A stretch of 64,000 nt of DNA from IMG/VR virus record IMGVR_UViG_3300012971_000019, positions 1 to 64,000 of that record. The stretch is one strand, 5' to 3'. This DNA comes from a virus. Taxonomy: Duplodnaviria > Caudoviricetes. Below are positions 1 through 8,050 of this stretch, in pieces; within the stretch, counting starts at the first letter, position 1; each line of letters starts with the position of its first letter. The translations under genes and the position numbers were made by a program. The notes beneath the pieces were generated by a model. That model was not told the DNA's origin. It saw nothing but the letters and a program-made list of their open reading frames with translations, and searched no databases.

Positions 1-150
1 GGCACTGCCCGACCCGCCCTGATTTCATGTGCAACGTCCGGGGGTTAGGTGTCCGTACCGTATTACAGCACCGCAATTTTCCCGCGTAGGAAGCCCGCTG
101 GTGCGTTCTGGTTGGTGGGGGTATGGTGGTGGCGGGGTCCCCGGAAAAAA

Positions 151-532
151 CGCACAGGCGGGCTCGGCTGCTCGGCCTAGCTAGGTTCTACGGGGGCCCT
201 GGCAGAATTCTGGCCCAGCCCCACGCGGGCTGGAACTCGACCCCGGAGGGAGCTGGTGAGGGATGCACGACCCAGCTCGGTTGGGGAGGCCCCGTGGAAG
301 TCGGGGCCACGAGGTTCGCTCCCAGTCGCCCCTACGAACGTGGGAGCGGATGCCCCGGTTCTGACCCGGGGCTGATCGGGAAGGCATGGAAGCGCGGTCC
401 CGTGCGCGCTCACCGGGTTCTTTTCGGGGAGCGTTCTCGCTGAACGCTTTGGGAGTGCGACTGACGGGTTAGAAGGGGTTAGCGCGCGTCCTGATCGGAC
501 GTAGATCGCCGGTTCGAATCCGGCCTGTGCCG
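151..532 (+). ncRNA. Candidate ~380-nt structured non-coding RNA ending in a tRNA-like module
   Basis: No credible ORF. Dense hairpins (215-221/227-233, 250-256/272-278, 288-294/302-308, 315-324/341-350, 352-358/366-372, 391-396/405-410, 431-436/442-447) and a long-range complement GCACAGGC 152-159 / GCCTGTGC 523-530. Confidence 0.45.
486..532 (+). other. tRNA-like 3' half (anticodon arm with GAT, 5-nt variable loop, canonical T arm)
   Basis: GCGTC-ctGATcg-GACGT, AGATC, GCCGG-TTCGAAT-CCGGC. No adjacent canonical D arm or 5' acceptor strand and no encoded CCA. Confidence 0.55.
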
Positions 533-577
533 TTCCTGTTTGACGTTGGGTGCGCGTTGGCTGACCGGCGCGCACCC

Positions 578-841
578 TCACTTGCGAGTGAGGAAGGTTG
601 CGAGGGCGACCACGGCTCCGGTGTTGAGGGCAGCGGTGGTGAGGATCAGGCCGACGATCCAGCGGAAGTCGGTTTTGATCTCTGATCGCAAGTTGGCGAA
701 GTCCGCTCGCAAGCTGGTGAGATCGGCCTTCAATTCGGCGGTGTCGGCTTCAGCGGCTTCCTCGGCGGCGGCACGTGCCATGTCCACTTCCGCACCAGCG
801 GCGATCAGCGCGTGGTAGAGCTTCGACATCATCCGCGCCAT
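578..841 (-). CDS. CCDC90/DUF1640-like coiled-coil protein with C-terminal TM helix
   Basis: LYHALIAAGA...ARAAAE N-terminus, heptad segment, hydrophobic WIVGLILTTAALNTGAVVALA tail. Confidence 0.6.
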   Translation of the reverse strand: MARMMSKLYHALIAAGAEVDMARAAAEEAAEADTAELKADLTSLRADFANLRSEIKTDFRWIVGLILTTAALNTGAVVALATFLTRK

Positions 842-852
842 TGGTTCGAGCC

Positions 853-1080
853 TCAGTGCTGGGTGTCACCTTCGCGGGCGGCGGCTTCGCAGGCGTCGAG
901 GAAGTCCTGGCGGCTGAGGTGAGCGTTGCAGCGCATGATGTAGTTGGCGAGCGAGAGCAGGGCGGCGATGATCTCGGGGATGATTTCGGCGGGCTCGTGG
1001 TGTGCGAAGTCGGCCTGGATCGCCATCACGGCTTCGCCGAGCTTGCGGCGCAGGGCTTTGCGGTCGTCCTCGGTCATCAT
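853..1080 (-). CDS. hypothetical protein
   Basis: 75-aa ORF translationally coupled (ATGA overlap) to upstream gene. Confidence 0.6.
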   Translation of the reverse strand: MMTEDDRKALRRKLGEAVMAIQADFAHHEPAEIIPEIIAALLSLANYIMRCNAHLSRQDFLDACEAAAREGDTQH

Positions 1081-1295
1081 TCTCCGCGGTCCTTCATCGA
1101 GACCCGATACTCGTAGTCATAGCCGAGGGCCTCGCAGATTTGTTCGATCTCCTCGGCGACGACGAAGGTCCGCTCGTCGGTGTCAATGATCGTGCCGTGC
1201 CCTTTTGATCCGGCGGCGGCGAACCGGGTGACGCGCTCGAAATTGATAAACATCGGGCGACCGTTGGATTTGTCCAACAGCAGAACGAACTTCAT
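1077..1295 (-). CDS. FlbD/SwrD-like small beta protein
   Basis: MKFVLL..NGRPMFINFERV...GTIIDTDERTFVVAEEIEQI resembles the FlbD pattern; start reassigned to 1295. Confidence 0.45.
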   Translation of the reverse strand: MKFVLLLDKSNGRPMFINFERVTRFAAAGSKGHGTIIDTDERTFVVAEEIEQICEALGYDYEYRVSMKDRGE

Positions 1296-1537
1296 CGTGC
1301 GCTCCGTCGTTTGACCACCAGGCAGAATACCGTGCCCTCGTCGACGGGCACGATGCTGTGTTTGAACGAGCACCGGGCGGACACGTCGCCGATCGCGACC
1401 TTGGCGATGTCACCCTCACGACACTTGCTGAGATCGGCGCAAACGTGGCTGGGGCCTGGGATCAGGATGATCACGATCGCGACCACCAGGATCGCGAGGC
1501 TGAACATCATCGTGAGCATAAAATGATCGAGCTTCAT
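1292..1537 (-). CDS. small membrane-anchored Cys-containing protein
   Basis: N-terminal hydrophobic helix and four Cys; coupled starts/stops at 1292-1295 and 1534-1537. Confidence 0.55.
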   Translation of the reverse strand: MKLDHFMLTMMFSLAILVVAIVIILIPGPSHVCADLSKCREGDIAKVAIGDVSARCSFKHSIVPVDEGTVFCLVVKRRSAR

Positions 1538-1779
1538 GGGCCGAACAATTTGAGAAAGGCTGCACCTGCCGCGAAGATCGCGGCGCCAGCGCCCATCAAT
1601 GTCGCGGCTGCACCGACGCCTGCCAGGATCAACTGCCAGGGTGCGAGGCGAATTTCTTGCTGAGTCCGCGAGACTTGAGTTCGTGATCGATCGATATCCG
1701 CAAGCATCTGATCGATGTGGGCGATCTTCTCGCGAATATCGAGCGGCTTGAGTTCGTCGGCTTCGATCGTGTCGGTCAT
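1534..1779 (-). CDS. coiled-coil protein with C-terminal TM helix
   Basis: IDQMLADIDRS coil followed by PWQLILAGVGAAATLMGAGAAIF. Confidence 0.65.
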   Translation of the reverse strand: MTDTIEADELKPLDIREKIAHIDQMLADIDRSRTQVSRTQQEIRLAPWQLILAGVGAAATLMGAGAAIFAAGAAFLKLFGP

Positions 1780-2099
1780 GCTGGTTCTCCTTCGAGGCGT
1801 TCGAGGCGCCCATCGATCGTGTCGAGTCGCCGCTCAATCACATCGAGCCGATTTTCGACAACGTCGAAGCGTTCGCCGTTTTTCTTTTCGAAACCCTCAA
1901 GGCGATGCGCAAGACTGATGACGAGGTTGTCAGTAACCCCGATGCGGCGTTCGACGGATTCGAAGCGAAGCTCCGTTCTGATGCGGAAGTCGTCGAGCCG
2001 CTGACTGAGGTCAGCGATGTCGGCTCGCGTAGCGCGCGCCTCGTCGAGCATTTCCTTTGCGATGCTTTGCATCGCGGTGACATCGACGTTGTCGGTCAT
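1776..2099 (-). CDS. coiled-coil protein
   Basis: heptad repeats RFDVVENRLDVIERRLDTIDGRLERLE; GGAGG RBS. Confidence 0.7.
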   Translation of the reverse strand: MTDNVDVTAMQSIAKEMLDEARATRADIADLSQRLDDFRIRTELRFESVERRIGVTDNLVISLAHRLEGFEKKNGERFDVVENRLDVIERRLDTIDGRLERLEGEPA

Positions 2100-2154
2100 G
2101 TGTCAGGCCTCCGGTTCGAGGTGAAAATATCCCACGCGTGAGGGAGGTTCAAGG

Positions 2155-2532
2155 ATGGCGGTAGCTCATTCAACGGCCGCGCGCGATGCGATGACGAACG
2201 CAGTTTGCGTAAAGCTCGACGCGGGTGCCGGCAACGGCAAGGTCGTGTACCAGACCGCGGGCGCGCAGGTCGTGGCGACGCTGTTGTTTACCAAGCCGGC
2301 GTTCGCCGCGTCGGTCAGCGGGCTCGCGACCGCGGCAGCGATCTCATCCGACACCAACGCGATCGGCGGCACGGTGGCCAAGGCCTCGATGCAGGACTCG
2401 ACCGGGCTCGAAGTGTTCAACTGCTCGGTCACGCTGCCGGGCGGTGGCGGCGACATCACCATGACATCGCTGATCATCTCCCCGGGTCAGACGGTTTCGC
2501 TTTCGGGATTGACCTACGCCGCGCCGGTGTGA
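2155..2532 (+). CDS. putative virion/tail accessory protein
   Basis: Ala/Thr/Gly-rich beta protein (AVAHSTAARDAM...ATLLFTKPAF...GQTVSLSGLTY) of the class found beside phage tail fibres; GGAGG RBS. Confidence 0.55.
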   Translation: MAVAHSTAARDAMTNAVCVKLDAGAGNGKVVYQTAGAQVVATLLFTKPAFAASVSGLATAAAISSDTNAIGGTVAKASMQDSTGLEVFNCSVTLPGGGGDITMTSLIISPGQTVSLSGLTYAAPV

Positions 2533-2537
2533 GGCCG

Positions 2538-3743
2538 ATGGCGTTCGGGCTCTACTTCAGCGCTGGCATCAACGCCAACCACTCGTCGGGCGGCCAGGCT
2601 TCGTTGGCGGTCACCGCGACCGCGGCGATCGGCGTGACCGACCTGGCGGTCATGTTGGTCGCGGTGGACAACGACTCGACCGTGCAGGACGCCGACGAAG
2701 GCGCGGTCGCCTCGGTCATCGATGAGGCCGGCAACACCTGGGTCAAGGTCGCCGAGATCACCTGCACCGAGGGCACCGGCCCGGCCGACGGCGTGGTGTG
2801 CTCGGTGTGGTACACGACCCCGAAGACACCGATCCTCGTCGGCAACAACGTCACCGCTAATTTCGCGACGCCGCGCTTCGACGCCGCCGTCTCGCTCGCA
2901 GTGTGGCCGTTCGCCGCCAGCTCGACCGTCGCCGTGCATCTCGCCCCGGTGCGCTCGGTCGTCCTCAACGGCGACCCCGATACCCTCGACATCGTGACCG
3001 GCGGTGAGCCGCTGCTGCGGCTGCGCGCCATCGCCAGCGAGCTGAAGAACTCTGCGCTGCTGATCCCGACCCCCGGCCCGGTCATGCCGTACGACGGCGT
3101 GGTGCAACAAGCCTCTGGCAGCGCCACCTCCACGGTCGGCATCCGCGCCGAATATCTGGTCTCAACCACCGACGCAGCTCCCTCGCACCCGACGCTGTTC
3201 GTCGCCGATCACGCCTCGGTCCACGTCGCCTTCATCGAGGTGCCGCCGATCGCCGGCAACGGTGCACTCGAAGCGCAGGCCTCGCACGTCACTGGCTCCG
3301 GGACCTCGAGTTCGACCAGCTCCGGGGCGCTCGTCGCCTCGCCCGCCGCGGTCCACCAGACGGTCGCCTACGAGCGCGCCGCGGTGCAGGCGACCGCCGG
3401 GGGCCAGGCGCACAAGCCGTGGAAATTTTTCGCAGGCGATACGTGGCTGATGGGCTTCGCCTGCGTCGATCAAAGCGGGGTGCCCTACGACCTCACGCGT
3501 GCACTCGCGATCGAGTGGAAGCTCGACGACGCGAGCAGGACCGTCAACAAGTTCACGCTCAACCTCGGCACCGGCGTCTCGGTCGTCGATCCGATCAACG
3601 GTCAGGTGGTTGTCATGGTTCAGCCGGCCTCGACCACCACGCTGCCGGCCGCCGACTACACGGATCAGCTTCGAGTCACGATGGCCGGCGTGACGATGGT
3701 GGTTTCGTTCGGCGTCATCACCGCGGTCGCGCCGCTGGTGTGA
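2538..3743 (+). CDS. putative tail-accessory protein with C-terminal BppU_N-like beta sandwich
   Basis: 401-aa beta-rich ORF. C-terminus FAGDTW...YDLT...DPINGQVVVMVQPASTTTLPAADYTDQLRV resembles BppU-N domains. Confidence 0.5.
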   Translation: MAFGLYFSAGINANHSSGGQASLAVTATAAIGVTDLAVMLVAVDNDSTVQDADEGAVASVIDEAGNTWVKVAEITCTEGTGPADGVVCSVWYTTPKTPILVGNNVTANFATPRFDAAVSLAVWPFAASSTVAVHLAPVRSVVLNGDPDTLDIVTGGEPLLRLRAIASELKNSALLIPTPGPVMPYDGVVQQASGSATSTVGIRAEYLVSTTDAAPSHPTLFVADHASVHVAFIEVPPIAGNGALEAQASHVTGSGTSSSTSSGALVASPAAVHQTVAYERAAVQATAGGQAHKPWKFFAGDTWLMGFACVDQSGVPYDLTRALAIEWKLDDASRTVNKFTLNLGTGVSVVDPINGQVVVMVQPASTTTLPAADYTDQLRVTMAGVTMVVSFGVITAVAPLV

Positions 3744-3756
3744 AAAATTAGCAGCC

Positions 3757-3783
3757 CGGCGGGACCGCTCAACAGTCCCGCCG
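3757..3783 (+). promoter_or_regulatory. 9-bp GC hairpin upstream of BRO gene
   Basis: CGGCGGGAC-N9-GTCCCGCCG; no T tract. Confidence 0.4.
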
Positions 3784-3820
3784 AGCCTCATCACGCAACG
3801 CTATCGAGGAGCGTCACACG

Positions 3821-4669
3821 ATGTCTCAGAATTCTCAGGTTCTCATATTCGAGCGGCACAATGTTCGCGTCGTTCGTAACGGCGAATTGTGGTTTGTCCT
3901 GGCCGATGTATGCGACGTGCTCGAACTCGGCAATGTGACGGAAACCGCGAAGCGACTTGATGACGACGAAAAGGGGTTCAGTAGTATTGAAACCCCTGGC
4001 GGCCAGCAGCGAGTGCTGATCGTCAGCGAGGCAGGTGTCTATAAAATCGCGCACACCAGCCGCAAGGAAGTCGCGAAACGCTTCGTTCGATGGGTGACCC
4101 ACGAGGTGTTGCCCTCGATCCGACGCACCGGCGCATACATTGCACCGGGAGCCATCGCCTTTCAACTCCGCGATCTCGTCGAGGATGTCATCGAGCAGGC
4201 AATGCTGCCATTTGCCGAGCGGCTCGATCGGGTCGAAACAAAAATCGACAAGCTGAATGACGATTTCGGGAAAGTCATCGAATTAAAACGACGCGATCCG
4301 ATCGGGTCAACTCAGCGATTGCATGGCGGAACCATCGGCCATTTTTATTTTGGTCGATGTCCGTGTGGTGAGTGCAGTTTTTTTATTCTCGACGAGCGCG
4401 GACAGTTCACGCGGCGTGGCATCGATTGGGATTATCACCATCAGTTCAATCGAGCCAACAATAAATGGGATGCGACGATCCCGCTGGCAAAGCAATGTCA
4501 CATGAGGATCGAAGCGGATTCGGAAGCACGACATCGCTTTAGCACCGGGGCATTCCCTCGGTGGGTCGAAAACGTGAAGATGCAACGTCGGCGACCGCCC
4601 GAAAAGATTCAGCACCCCGACAGCGATGCTGCATTCTTCTTGAACCTGCGTCAGGGCGAATTGTTCTGA
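3821..4669 (+). CDS. BRO-N antirepressor-like protein with degenerate HNH-like C-terminal domain
   Basis: VRVVRNGELWFVLADVCDVL...GQQRVLIVSEAGVYKIAHTSRKEVAKRFVRWVTHEVLPSIRRTGAY is a canonical Bro-N. Confidence 0.9.
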   Translation: MSQNSQVLIFERHNVRVVRNGELWFVLADVCDVLELGNVTETAKRLDDDEKGFSSIETPGGQQRVLIVSEAGVYKIAHTSRKEVAKRFVRWVTHEVLPSIRRTGAYIAPGAIAFQLRDLVEDVIEQAMLPFAERLDRVETKIDKLNDDFGKVIELKRRDPIGSTQRLHGGTIGHFYFGRCPCGECSFFILDERGQFTRRGIDWDYHHQFNRANNKWDATIPLAKQCHMRIEADSEARHRFSTGAFPRWVENVKMQRRRPPEKIQHPDSDAAFFLNLRQGELF

Positions 4670-4848
4670 TGGTCGTCGATGATCCCGCGCACTGGCGGCA
4701 ACGCGCCGTCGAAGCTCGTGCGCTCGCCGATGACATGCGCGACGACATCTCGCGCAAGACGATGCTCAAGATCGCGGACGACTACGAGCACCTGGCGCTG
4801 CGCGTCGAGGAACGGCTGCGCCGCGAACGCAAACGGATGGAGGATTGA
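4669..4848 (+). CDS. small helical-hairpin protein of a family abundant in soil Alphaproteobacteria
   Basis: DDPAHWRQRAVEARALADDM.D...KTMLKIADDYEHLA pattern. Confidence 0.7.
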   Translation: MVVDDPAHWRQRAVEARALADDMRDDISRKTMLKIADDYEHLALRVEERLRRERKRMED

Positions 4849-5010
4849 ATGCAGAACGTCGGTCTGATCCTGCTCGTGTTCGCGTTTGTCTTCGCCGTGA
4901 TCGCGGCGTGCATCATGCCCGGCCACGGACGCTGGAATTTCGGGTGGGCTGCGGTCGCCTGTTGGATCGCCTCGGAACTCATCGGCGGCCTCGGGAGGGT
5001 ACTTCACTAA
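4849..5010 (+). CDS. 53-aa two-TM membrane protein (not in ORF track)
   Basis: MQNVGLILLVFAFVFAVIAACIMPGHGRWNFGWAAVACWIASELIGGLGRVLH; GGAGG RBS. Confidence 0.65.
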   Translation: MQNVGLILLVFAFVFAVIAACIMPGHGRWNFGWAAVACWIASELIGGLGRVLH

Positions 5011-5246
5011 CCCTCCGTGCTTCTCTCGCCATCCGATCGTTGAGTGCTCGATCGTCGCGCCGCCGATCGAGCGACCGCCACCCGCGATCTGCAACGCTTG
5101 TTGAAGTGGCGAGCGCCGAACGGCATGGATCGTGTGGCTTCCAACTGCCAATTGGCCGAACGAGGCTCGCCGTGCCCGGCACAGACAATTTGGATTCCAG
5201 ACTAATCCTGGCCGAGCGATCGAAGCATACCACGAAGGGTGAAACG

Positions 5247-6680
5247 ATGAAGCTCCTCATCGCGATGCTATGCGCCATCGCTGCCTACGGGTGCCAGCTC
5301 CAGGCCCAGGCGCAAGACTTCGGGAGGATGTTCCCGCAACTCGCGCCGTTCCAGCCGCCCGAGCTGCTGCTCACGAACCTCGCCGCGAGCATGGCCGATC
5401 CCAACGCGCCCGCGGACGATAACCCGGCTGGTCGGCCCAGCATCTTCACGTACTTGGGTCAGTTTCTGGATCACGATTTGACGCTGATGACGCCGCCACT
5501 CGACGAGGCGAACGGCGACCTCTCGGTGATCTCGAACGCGCGCACGCCGCGCCTCGATCTCGACTCGGTCTATGGCGGCGGCCTGCAGGGCTCGCCGAAT
5601 TTCTACGATGCGGCCGGGCGCTTCATCACCACGATCAACGCGAACGGCGTCGAGGACTTGCAGCGCGGACCGGATGGCACGGCGATCTTGATTGAGGGAC
5701 GCAACGACGAGAATTTGATAATCGCGCAAATCCATCTCGCGTTCCAACGGTTTCACAATCACTACGTGGACCAAGGCTACAGCTTCAGCGAAGCGCAGCA
5801 GTTAGTGCGGTGGAGGTGGCAATGGATCGTGGTCCACGATCTTCTGCCCGAGTTCGTGGGTCAGGATGTCGTCGATCAGTTCTTGGTATACAACGGCGCC
5901 GGAAAGCCCAACGTGCGCTATCAAAACTACAAGCCCGGCAATCCCAATCGGCCCATGACCCCCATAGAGTTCAGCGTGGCCGCGTACCGCTTCGGTCACT
6001 CCATGATCCGCCTGGCCTACGTGATGCCGACCGGGAGCGTGACGAAGACGCAGGTTTTCAACGCGGCCGGAAACGATCTGCACGGCTCGCGGCCGATCCC
6101 GCCAAATTTGAAAATCGACTTCCGAAATTTCGTCGAGATACCGGGACAACCGCGCCCGCCCGGCTTCAACGTCTTTCGCAAGATCGATGCGCTGATTTCG
6201 AAATCGGTGGCCGGTGCGGTGCCATCAACGCCGCAGCTTGGCCCGCTGCCAACAAATCCCCCGGTCGTCTCGCCCGCCGACACGCCGCTCGTCACGTCGC
6301 TGCCGGCGCGGAACCTTTTGCGTGGTGCGCGAATTGGATTGCCGAGCTACCAGGATGTCGCCAGCTCGATGGGCATCGCGCCGCTCGGGCTCACGACGTT
6401 GAGCAACCCGAACACGGTGCCGCCGATCGACTTCACCGATCCGGCCTGGGGCGGTGGGAGTCCATTGTGGTTCAGCATCCTGAAGGAAAGCGAAGTCCTC
6501 AAAAACGGCCAGACGCTCGGCCCAACGGGCGGGCGAATCGTCGCCGAGGTCATCCTCGGCCTCATCGACCAAGACAAGACCAGCTACTTCTCCAGCCCGA
6601 GAGCCTGGACGCCGCAGGACGGCTCGATACCGGGCGAGTTTCATGTGTTCGACCTGCTCGCGCTCGCGGGGTCGCTCTAG
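5247..6680 (+). CDS. secreted heme peroxidase (peroxidase-cyclooxygenase / animal-peroxidase superfamily)
   Basis: GQFLDHD (distal His with adjacent Asp), RTPRLDLDSVYG, GRNDEN (distal Arg and Glu), AAYRFGHS (proximal His); signal peptide MKLLIAMLCAIAAYGCQLQAQA. Confidence 0.92.
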   Translation: MKLLIAMLCAIAAYGCQLQAQAQDFGRMFPQLAPFQPPELLLTNLAASMADPNAPADDNPAGRPSIFTYLGQFLDHDLTLMTPPLDEANGDLSVISNARTPRLDLDSVYGGGLQGSPNFYDAAGRFITTINANGVEDLQRGPDGTAILIEGRNDENLIIAQIHLAFQRFHNHYVDQGYSFSEAQQLVRWRWQWIVVHDLLPEFVGQDVVDQFLVYNGAGKPNVRYQNYKPGNPNRPMTPIEFSVAAYRFGHSMIRLAYVMPTGSVTKTQVFNAAGNDLHGSRPIPPNLKIDFRNFVEIPGQPRPPGFNVFRKIDALISKSVAGAVPSTPQLGPLPTNPPVVSPADTPLVTSLPARNLLRGARIGLPSYQDVASSMGIAPLGLTTLSNPNTVPPIDFTDPAWGGGSPLWFSILKESEVLKNGQTLGPTGGRIVAEVILGLIDQDKTSYFSSPRAWTPQDGSIPGEFHVFDLLALAGSL

Positions 6681-6691
6681 GGGAGGCTCAC

Positions 6692-6913
6692 ATGGTTCGC
6701 AAGGCGAAGAAGATCGTGAAGCGCCCGGTGCAAACGCGCCGGCACGATGAGCCCGAGGTCGAGGAAGAGACCGAGACCGAGGAGCACGAGTACGAAGAGA
6801 CCGAGGAGCACGAGGACGAGCCCGAGGTCGAGGCGCAGGCCGAGCGCCACGAACGCCATAACGAAAACCAGTTGATCGATGAGTACGGGGACGCGCCGAA
6901 GGGCTACCGCTAG
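6692..6913 (+). CDS. small protein with basic N-terminus and highly acidic Glu/His-rich body
   Basis: GGGAGG RBS; MVRKAKKIVKRPVQTRR then EPEVEEETETEEHEYEETEEHEDEPEVE. Confidence 0.6.
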   Translation: MVRKAKKIVKRPVQTRRHDEPEVEEETETEEHEYEETEEHEDEPEVEAQAERHERHNENQLIDEYGDAPKGYR

Positions 6914-7182
6914 AGCCACACCTCGATGATCACCGGATCGTCGTCAGGGTGGCGCTCCATGCACTTGAGCCCGGCTTTCCACATCACCTGGCGCAGCGTT
7001 TTAAGATCGTCGTGCGCGAACGCGTGTTCGGTCGGGACGCCGCCCGGTTCACCGCTCAACCGATACTGCCGCGCGACGAAGCTCGTGGGATAGTCGCTCG
7101 GGTGGTCGTAGATCACCCACATCGAGAACTCGAAGTTCGTCCTTATCGCCATGCCTTTGTGGCCACTGCGCGAGTCGGTCAT
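6910..7182 (-). CDS. conserved phage hypothetical protein
   Basis: MWVIYDHPSDYP..FVAR...DDDPVIIEVWL pattern; start could be 7152. Confidence 0.7.
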   Translation of the reverse strand: MTDSRSGHKGMAIRTNFEFSMWVIYDHPSDYPTSFVARQYRLSGEPGGVPTEHAFAHDDLKTLRQVMWKAGLKCMERHPDDDPVIIEVWL

Positions 7183-7388
7183 CGCCGGTCGCGCTCGAAA
7201 ATCTGCGTCATCGTCATCTCGGGATTGACGCGCAGCAGCTCGACGATCTGCACGATCGACTTGTCGGGCGCGTCGGCCGCGACCTCGAAGTGGCATCCCG
7301 GGTGCGCCGTGTCGAAGTCGCGCAGATGCTGCAGCCAGGCGTGCCGCAGCTCCTCGGGGATGTGGGCGATCGTGTAGATTTTGATCAT
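7179..7388 (-). CDS. hypothetical protein
   Basis: coupled ORF MIKIYTIAHIPEELRHAWLQHLRDFD... Confidence 0.6.
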   Translation of the reverse strand: MIKIYTIAHIPEELRHAWLQHLRDFDTAHPGCHFEVAADAPDKSIVQIVELLRVNPEMTMTQIFERDRR

Positions 7389-7774
7389 GGGTGTCCCAGC
7401 TGTGCGAGCCACACGAGGACCACGATCAGGATCGCAATGCGGACCCCGTAGTTGATCCAGTTGGTGAGCGACCAGCTCGTCAAGAGGACCATCATATGGC
7501 CACCGAAAGTCTCGATCGGGGTGACCTGCGAACCACAATGTATGCACACCTTGGCGTCGGGTGAAATCCATTCGGCGCATGCCGGGCACTCCCGTTTGCC
7601 GCGGTGATCCGCGAGCGCCGGGAATAGTATCAGCATGAATCCGGCGATCAGTGGCGAGAGCAGCATGGCGAGCACGAACCAGCCGACACCCAACCGGCCG
7701 CGAGCTGCCGCGGCAATGCCGACGACGACCGAGCCGACAAGCCAGAGTATCAGAAAAAATCCGAGTTCGATCAT
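7385..7774 (-). CDS. membrane protein with double zinc ribbon
   Basis: TM helices (GRLGVGWFVLAMLLSPL), CPACAEWISPDAKVCIHCG. Confidence 0.8.
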   Translation of the reverse strand: MIELGFFLILWLVGSVVVGIAAAARGRLGVGWFVLAMLLSPLIAGFMLILFPALADHRGKRECPACAEWISPDAKVCIHCGSQVTPIETFGGHMMVLLTSWSLTNWINYGVRIAILIVVLVWLAQLGHP

Positions 7775-8050
7775 TTACAGCTCCTTGGTTTTTGGGCGGC
7801 CACGCGGGCGCGCCTCGGGGATCGGATCGAGCTTGGCGATCGCGCGCGCCTGGTCGGGCGTCACGCGATAGCGCGCCATCACGGCGAGCAGCATCAACAG
7901 CGGGGCCGGCACGATGCCCTCGCCCGCACGCCACCGCGAGGGCGTGCGCGCATCGACCTCGCCGAACACCGGGAACTGGGTCGGCGTCAGCCCGAGCCGC
8001 TTGGTCAGCCGTGTGAGCAACTCGACGCGCCGCTTTTGCTCGTCGGTCAT
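7775..8050 (-). CDS. HTH DNA-binding protein with C-terminal AT-hook
   Basis: LGLTPTQF...VDARTPSRWRAGE..VP; PRGRPK tail. Confidence 0.65.
   Translation of the reverse strand: MTDEQKRRVELLTRLTKRLGLTPTQFPVFGEVDARTPSRWRAGEGIVPAPLLMLLAVMARYRVTPDQARAIAKLDPIPEARPRGRPKTKEL

Noticed and set aside
1-7. GGCACTG as 5' acceptor strand pairing with 525-531
   Set aside because: Six of seven pairs, but it sits at the arbitrary window edge and 152-159 gives a better perfect match.
460-535. Functional tRNA-Ile(GAT)
   Set aside because: Anticodon and T arms are good, but the adjacent 5' acceptor strand pairs at only about 4 of 7 positions, the D arm is irregular, position 37 is C and there is no CCA. Kept only as a tRNA-like module.
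2123-2150. RpoH-like promoter for the left-end operon
   Set aside because: CTTGAA is present on the minus strand, but ATAT lies 2 nt too close and the CC is missing.
4845-5246. 134-aa N-terminal extension of the peroxidase
   Set aside because: It overlaps a better 53-aa gene and looks like noise; ATG 5247 has an RBS and begins a signal peptide.
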